DNA of 64,000 nucleotides, taken from NCBI GenBank assembly GCA_964187785.1, contig OZ076409.1, positions 96,474,001 to 96,538,000 on the forward strand. The letters are read 5' to 3'. The notes beneath the pieces were generated by a model. The model was given only the letters and a program-made list of their open reading frames with translations, did not search any database and was not told the DNA's origin. The translations under genes were made by a program, and so were the position numbers. How positions within the stretch are numbered: position 1 is the first letter of the stretch; every line of letters starts with the position of its first letter. This stretch comes from Amphiscolops sp. MND2022 (Eukaryota). Shown here piece after piece: positions 60,501 through 64,000 of this stretch.

Positions 60501-63500
60501 GCATTGTCTGACTGCATCCTCGTTGGCGTTCCATGGCGGGCAAACCACTTCTGCAACAACAACTTTGAAGTGGTCGCTGCATCATACTCATCATGGTTGC
60601 ATGGCACAGCTTCTGCGAGCTTAGAGAAATGATCGATAATAACCAATATCCCTGTGTTACCATCATCAGAGGGACAAATTTTCATGTGGTCATATTGGAC
60701 TAGCTCGTTGAAATAACCGCTTTGGATATTTTTCAAGTGGAAGCGTACATCACCAGGCTTGTCGCGTACTTGTTGACAAGTGATACATTGACTGACGTAT
60801 TGTCCAATGGTGCGGCGGATGCCTGGCCAAGTGTGGCGCTCTTGGATTCTGGCCAAGACTTTCGCGATGCCCTGATGTCCCATCGCGTCGTGGGCCTTGA
60901 ATAGTATCTCATGCTGATACAATTGTGGCATCACTATCATACAGGGACGTTCATGCAAAGCTCTTTGAGTTTTGGAGTATTTTACATACAAAATCCCGTT
61001 GGCGTTTATCAATAGGAGGTTCTTCTTCTGTTTGTGGTAGTTTTTGGCGAAGGTGCGCACATTTTCCGGAAAGACGTCATTATCTATTGATTCTTGCATT
61101 ACCAATTTCTTGATGGCCAATATATGGACGTCACGGTTTTGTGCTAGTAGTAGATCCTTCAGTCCATGGACTGTGTTAGCATGTTCATGCAGTTCCATTG
61201 ATATGCTGTTTACCACAAACGCGGCTTGTCTTACGTGCTCTGGTGCAGTGCTAGTTGCTTGCTTCTCCATTAGTGGGTAAGTGGTTCTTGATGGTACGTT
61301 AGCAGCATGCGTGGGGAGTAGATAGTCTCGTTGATATTCCTCGGTCAGTTCTAACCAATCCTCAGGATATTCTGGATAAAGTTCGGCGGGCAGTGTCAAT
61401 TCTGGTTTTGGCAATGTAGGTAGAGGCGCTCTCATGGCTTCCTCGCGTATGGTCGCATTTCGTTTGCTTCCTCCGCTCTTTCGCGTGGGAGCGGCAACTA
61501 TGGTCTCGGGTGAACTTTGGCTACCCAACCTTCGCAAGTGTGCGGGCAATTCTGGGTGATTTGGTATCACACGTCCGTGGATATCGAACCATGGGGCTAG
61601 CGGGAGTTTGTTATATTCCTCCTGTGACAGGAAATCCCATTTGTCTGCAATTGCGGGTAAGCCTTTTAGTTGCTTTTCGTGTTTTTTGTAATCGTTTGTT
61701 CGTTTGCTAAGACCATCAGCATTTCGATGTTGCGTTCTGGGTCGATGCTCAATGCTGAAGTGATATTTTTCAAGAGCCATAATCCATCGACCGATAATCG
61801 CCTGATCCATCGAATATGTCTTTAGCCAGGATAGGGCCTGATTATCTACTCTCAGTGTGAACTTTCGTGGACAGAGATAACTGTGATTTTTTAAAATGAA
61901 ATAGTATGCAGTATACATTTCCAATTTTGGGGCTCCGTACTTTGCTTGCGTAGCGGTTAATTTTTTGCTTCCGAATACTATCGGTCGCAGTTTGCGACTC
62001 TCAGGTGGTCCTTGCCATTGGTGCAAAATACCCGATATAGCTACACCACTAGCATCTGTGTCGAGAACAAATTCGCCTTCAGTGTCAGGTTGCGCCAGAG
62101 CGGTGGCTTCCATTAGTGCCACTTTGATGCTGTTGAAGGCTCGCTGTTGCTCCTCCCCCCATAAAAATGAAGACGCTCCTCCTGTTATCGCGTGTAAAGG
62201 GGCAACTAGTTTTGCATGCCACGGGATGAAATCTCGATAGTAGTTGGCAAAACCCAAGAAACTCTGCAATTCAGTCTTGGTTCGCGGGATATCCCATTCT
62301 TTCAGCTTGGTGACAGCTTTTGGATCTGGCTTGATACCATCTGCGGATACGACCCGGCCCAAATATTTGATCTCCGATTTCATGAAGTCACACTTGGAGA
62401 CTCTCATTTTGAACCCGGCTTCACGCAGGCATTGGAATACTTCGCGTAGTCTGTCCATGTGATCCTCGATGGTCTCGGTAGCAATCACAATGTCATCGAT
62501 GTAGGCCATAACCATACTTCCTTCACGGTTCACTATTCTTTGTAGCGCTCGCGCTATTGCCCGTTGAAATGTTGCTGATGCGTTACACATACCAAAAGGC
62601 ATACGCCGCCACTCAAATAACCCAAGTTCACAAGCGAAGGCAGTCTTTTGGCGATCGGCTTTTCGGACAGGAATTTGCCAGAATGCCCACGCCAAGTCAA
62701 TACTAGTATAGATTTTGGCTTTGCCCAATCTGGATAGACTTTCATCGATACGTGGCAAGGGATAAGCGTCTTTGATGGTCACTTCATTAAGTGGTCGAAA
62801 GTCACAACAGAATCGCAATTCACCACTCTTCTTTTTGACCATGACAATTCCACTCGCCCAAGGGGATAGGGAAGGTTGTATCATTCCCAAAGCTAGCAAG
62901 TCACGAACTTCTTGGTTAGCACGTTCTGCCTTGTCAGGCGACATTCGTCTTGCACCTTCGCGGTGAGGTACAGCCCCTGGCTCTACTTCCACCGGGTGCT
63001 TAGCGATTTTACACTTACCAATGTCGGCTTTGAATTTCATAAACAAATCATCAAATTCATTCAAAAGTTTACTAAGCGTGTCGCTGGCGGTCGATCCCCA
63101 CAAACCGCGCACTTCGTCGAGTTGTGCTTCCGGGCCCGGTATCGGAGCCATTAGCGCCGGATCGGTTCGTTTTTTTACTTCGCGCTCGGACAAGCCTAGT
63201 TCTGACGGTTCGGTAGAGGACAAAAACTCAAATTCAGATGAAGAACTATATTCAGAAGAAGAATCAAGGTTCATCTGTTCGTAAACTTTACAAACATAAT
63301 TTGCATTTGACTGCTGAGTTTCACTTGATTGTCCGGGGACAATCTGGGGGATGGCCTTATGAACCATTGTCACGGGTACCGCGGTTCCTAAAAGGGTGCC
63401 CTTTTTTATCCGCTGCACGTTGCTGGTAAGATTTCCTAAACTGACGTAAAGGAAGCCAGTCTCCCCCACGGTCGCCACGGTGTCCTCTAAAAAGATGGCG

Positions 63501-64000
63501 TTTTTTAACATTCGGTTAGGTGTTTGGAAATTGATTAGCACGGTTCGAAATATGAAAGGTTCTAAGTTGTCTACAAGCAGTTTAGCGCGTAGTATTGCGC
63601 GTTCAAAGGGTTGCAACACTACGTCCTGTGCAATCGCTACCGACGAATTGAGTGATTCGTTACTTACTTGTGTGTGGGCATGGTACCACACTGGTTCAGA
63701 CGGAGCTCGGACAATGACCTTCATCGCGGTTAGATCCACTAAGACTTGATAAGCTCTTAGGAAGTTTCTGCCCAGGAGGAAGTCTTCCACTCCCATGGCG
63801 TCGTCGACTACCACGAAGTTAGTTTCCAGTTCGTAGCCTCCCAATTGGAACTTGACTTTCTCCGCTAGACCAAAAGTTTTGATCGTTTTCCCATTCGCGG
63901 CATACAAGTCGATACCATAAGGTCGTAAGAGTGTCCCGGTGCGCACAGCGACTCGATTGTAGGCTGAGAAGGTGAGGATGGACACTCCTGATCCAGTGTC
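57515..64000 (-). CDS. pol: Gypsy Pol polyprotein (N-terminally truncated by the window): protease, RT, RNase H, integrase + GPY/F, AT-hook linker, two macrodomain-like domains
   Basis: PR DTGSG (64000-63986, in frame) and LLGRNF; RT FCCDFRPLN, MPFG, YIDD; RH DTDAS, KLE, VDNQAL, NADGLS; IN HDAMGH..CITC, YDH, SDN, GLVER; KLMRAWRGPH. Confidence 0.97.
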   Translation of the reverse strand, partial: DTGSGVSILTFSAYNRVAVRTGTLLRPYGIDLYAANGKTIKTFGLAEKVKFQLGGYELETNFVVVDDAMGVEDFLLGRNFLRAYQVLVDLTAMKVIVRAPSEPVWYHAHTQVSNESLNSSVAIAQDVVLQPFERAILRAKLLVDNLEPFIFRTVLINFQTPNRMLKNAIFLEDTVATVGETGFLYVSLGNLTSNVQRIKKGTLLGTAVPVTMVHKAIPQIVPGQSSETQQSNANYVCKVYEQMNLDSSSEYSSSSEFEFLSSTEPSELGLSEREVKKRTDPALMAPIPGPEAQLDEVRGLWGSTASDTLSKLLNEFDDLFMKFKADIGKCKIAKHPVEVEPGAVPHREGARRMSPDKAERANQEVRDLLALGMIQPSLSPWASGIVMVKKKSGELRFCCDFRPLNEVTIKDAYPLPRIDESLSRLGKAKIYTSIDLAWAFWQIPVRKADRQKTAFACELGLFEWRRMPFGMCNASATFQRAIARALQRIVNREGSMVMAYIDDIVIATETIEDHMDRLREVFQCLREAGFKMRVSKCDFMKSEIKYLGRVVSADGIKPDPKAVTKLKEWDIPRTKTELQSFLGFANYYRDFIPWHAKLVAPLHAITGGASSFLWGEEQQRAFNSIKVALMEATALAQPDTEGEFVLDTDASGVAISGILHQWQGPPESRKLRPIVFGSKKLTATQAKYGAPKLEMYTAYYFILKNHSYLCPRKFTLRVDNQALSWLKTYSMDQAIIGRWIMALEKYHFSIEHRPRTQHRNADGLSKRTNDYKKHEKQLKGLPAIADKWDFLSQEEYNKLPLAPWFDIHGRVIPNHPELPAHLRRLGSQSSPETIVAAPTRKSGGSKRNATIREEAMRAPLPTLPKPELTLPAELYPEYPEDWLELTEEYQRDYLLPTHAANVPSRTTYPLMEKQATSTAPEHVRQAAFVVNSISMELHEHANTVHGLKDLLLAQNRDVHILAIKKLVMQESIDNDVFPENVRTFAKNYHKQKKNLLLINANGILYVKYSKTQRALHERPCMIVMPQLYQHEILFKAHDAMGHQGIAKVLARIQERHTWPGIRRTIGQYVSQCITCQQVRDKPGDVRFHLKNIQSGYFNELVQYDHMKICPSDDGNTGILVIIDHFSKLAEAVPCNHDEYDAATTSKLLLQKWFARHGTPTRMQSDNAPNFTAAVSAEFMKAAQVTKVTSTAGHPRTQGLVERQNRTLLTLLRVFCSRRMRDWDQYLDEVMGAYNSTRHATTGFSPYMLTRGMEKAIPLTFLYPEFATQSFESHEAYVEHVLARQQEIHDLVRRNTHQAQQRQKLKYDRAIRAKAYEVGEPVWVFCRYIPQKGSPKLMRAWRGPHKVARVLQEGRVYILDTGQKVHFERLKPHHGGPTEWAAVPAHNGEVAIIMDPDPEQSHEEVRDDVSQPSYRVEEPISEASDASLPSRQRHWMDTRLRTHMRAGGSRLHYQQFGYSSTESDDERSDVLLSSAHANPDESVVLSSQVDEPAPIPEMPISPLPAMEALFSENEAVPDALDVAPNPNIHVPTESAATSLTGTSAPLLTNPSLTDMLSNFPIWPLIDNNDLNPTPDDDGADTPTTNNEKGSIPPTTNPINNDAATTTKLPNAPRGCGPRGRPPGRARPRASLPRGHQRRGAIRGARKKGRPRGRPPRTTHARPNTPTHIRNTPSMDTDSSAPSAAVTSDQATPPESTNARYGLRRNRIPRYRCGTCGLRNCECNYMIHADFPIKSQGVLLALEQEKSLPSGMVDRLVIRAEKTYTGLQRSETPYPVDYILSKMKDSTIAKAPCPRFKEWTYDLVGLEFTLPITVPPLPTNIAFGPFNYEREPIQMIRCIPADLLYDKYNVTAKPGDVYQPTSNWWLLVTAKQASDLVHPTNLNTCLESLRTMASPDKITCFHTIDLYRGKIKFEWWLELIIAILSNFSRIRFLDEWTHSFPSPVSLQSALHALDTWSRANIDNQSLPRSVWQDLGAIKGLLPNACDDALSKDPGRELVYHGAARPQLVDYVQYANTDFLQTPHHIVLCCPANLETNSAALRYVIREHGADAIFQLRPEVGNIVTLPTSLIDGHPQTIHLLITRATPRCPMLADILFGCLDHFKTLLERLEAIEVHFAIIDPERPIRNLFDFYTCLMDVFADTPLTVVLHDRVYVSIASVASFP

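Larger units (their letters stand above)
51161..64000 (-). mobile_element. Very large Ty3/Gypsy LTR retrotransposon, 3' part (pol with C-terminal accessory domains, extra ORF, PPT, 3' LTR); gag and 5' LTR lie beyond the window
   Basis: Uninterrupted PR-RT-RH-IN order, a second long ORF and a PPT-like signal. GC content is visibly higher than in the host flanks. Confidence 0.93.

Noticed and set aside
53142..63749. Many plus-strand ORFs (up to 200 aa) antisense to the Gypsy ORFs
   Set aside because: Expected shadows of long, GC-richer coding frames; no independent motifs.

Overview
AT-rich, repeat-dense eukaryotic (invertebrate-animal-like) DNA with a 200-N gap at 50961-51160. The species cannot be determined from the sequence. 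The left 31 kb is mostly non-coding: MITEs, tRNA-derived repeats, many Helentron-like non-autonomous elements, several recent local duplications and one Cys-rich exon. At 31.5-41.5 kb lies a decayed BEL/Pao LTR retrotransposon whose 3' part is tandemly duplicated. At 45.1-48.0 kb is a spliced minus-strand host gene encoding a small TIR + SAM-like protein with the catalytic glutamate intact. The right 13 kb is the 3' part of an intact-looking, very large Ty3/Gypsy element on the minus strand, and this is the most unusual content. Its Pol (PR-RT-RH-IN, >2160 aa) continues past integrase through AT-hooks, a YxLR motif, a Cys cluster and two tandem TARG1/OARD1-like macrodomains with degenerate catalytic motifs. 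A ~1450-1525 aa ORF follows in the same frame after a single TAA. It is not env-like and contains an apparently inactive SGNH-hydrolase-like domain. All domain calls are by-eye motif recognition; no searches were run.
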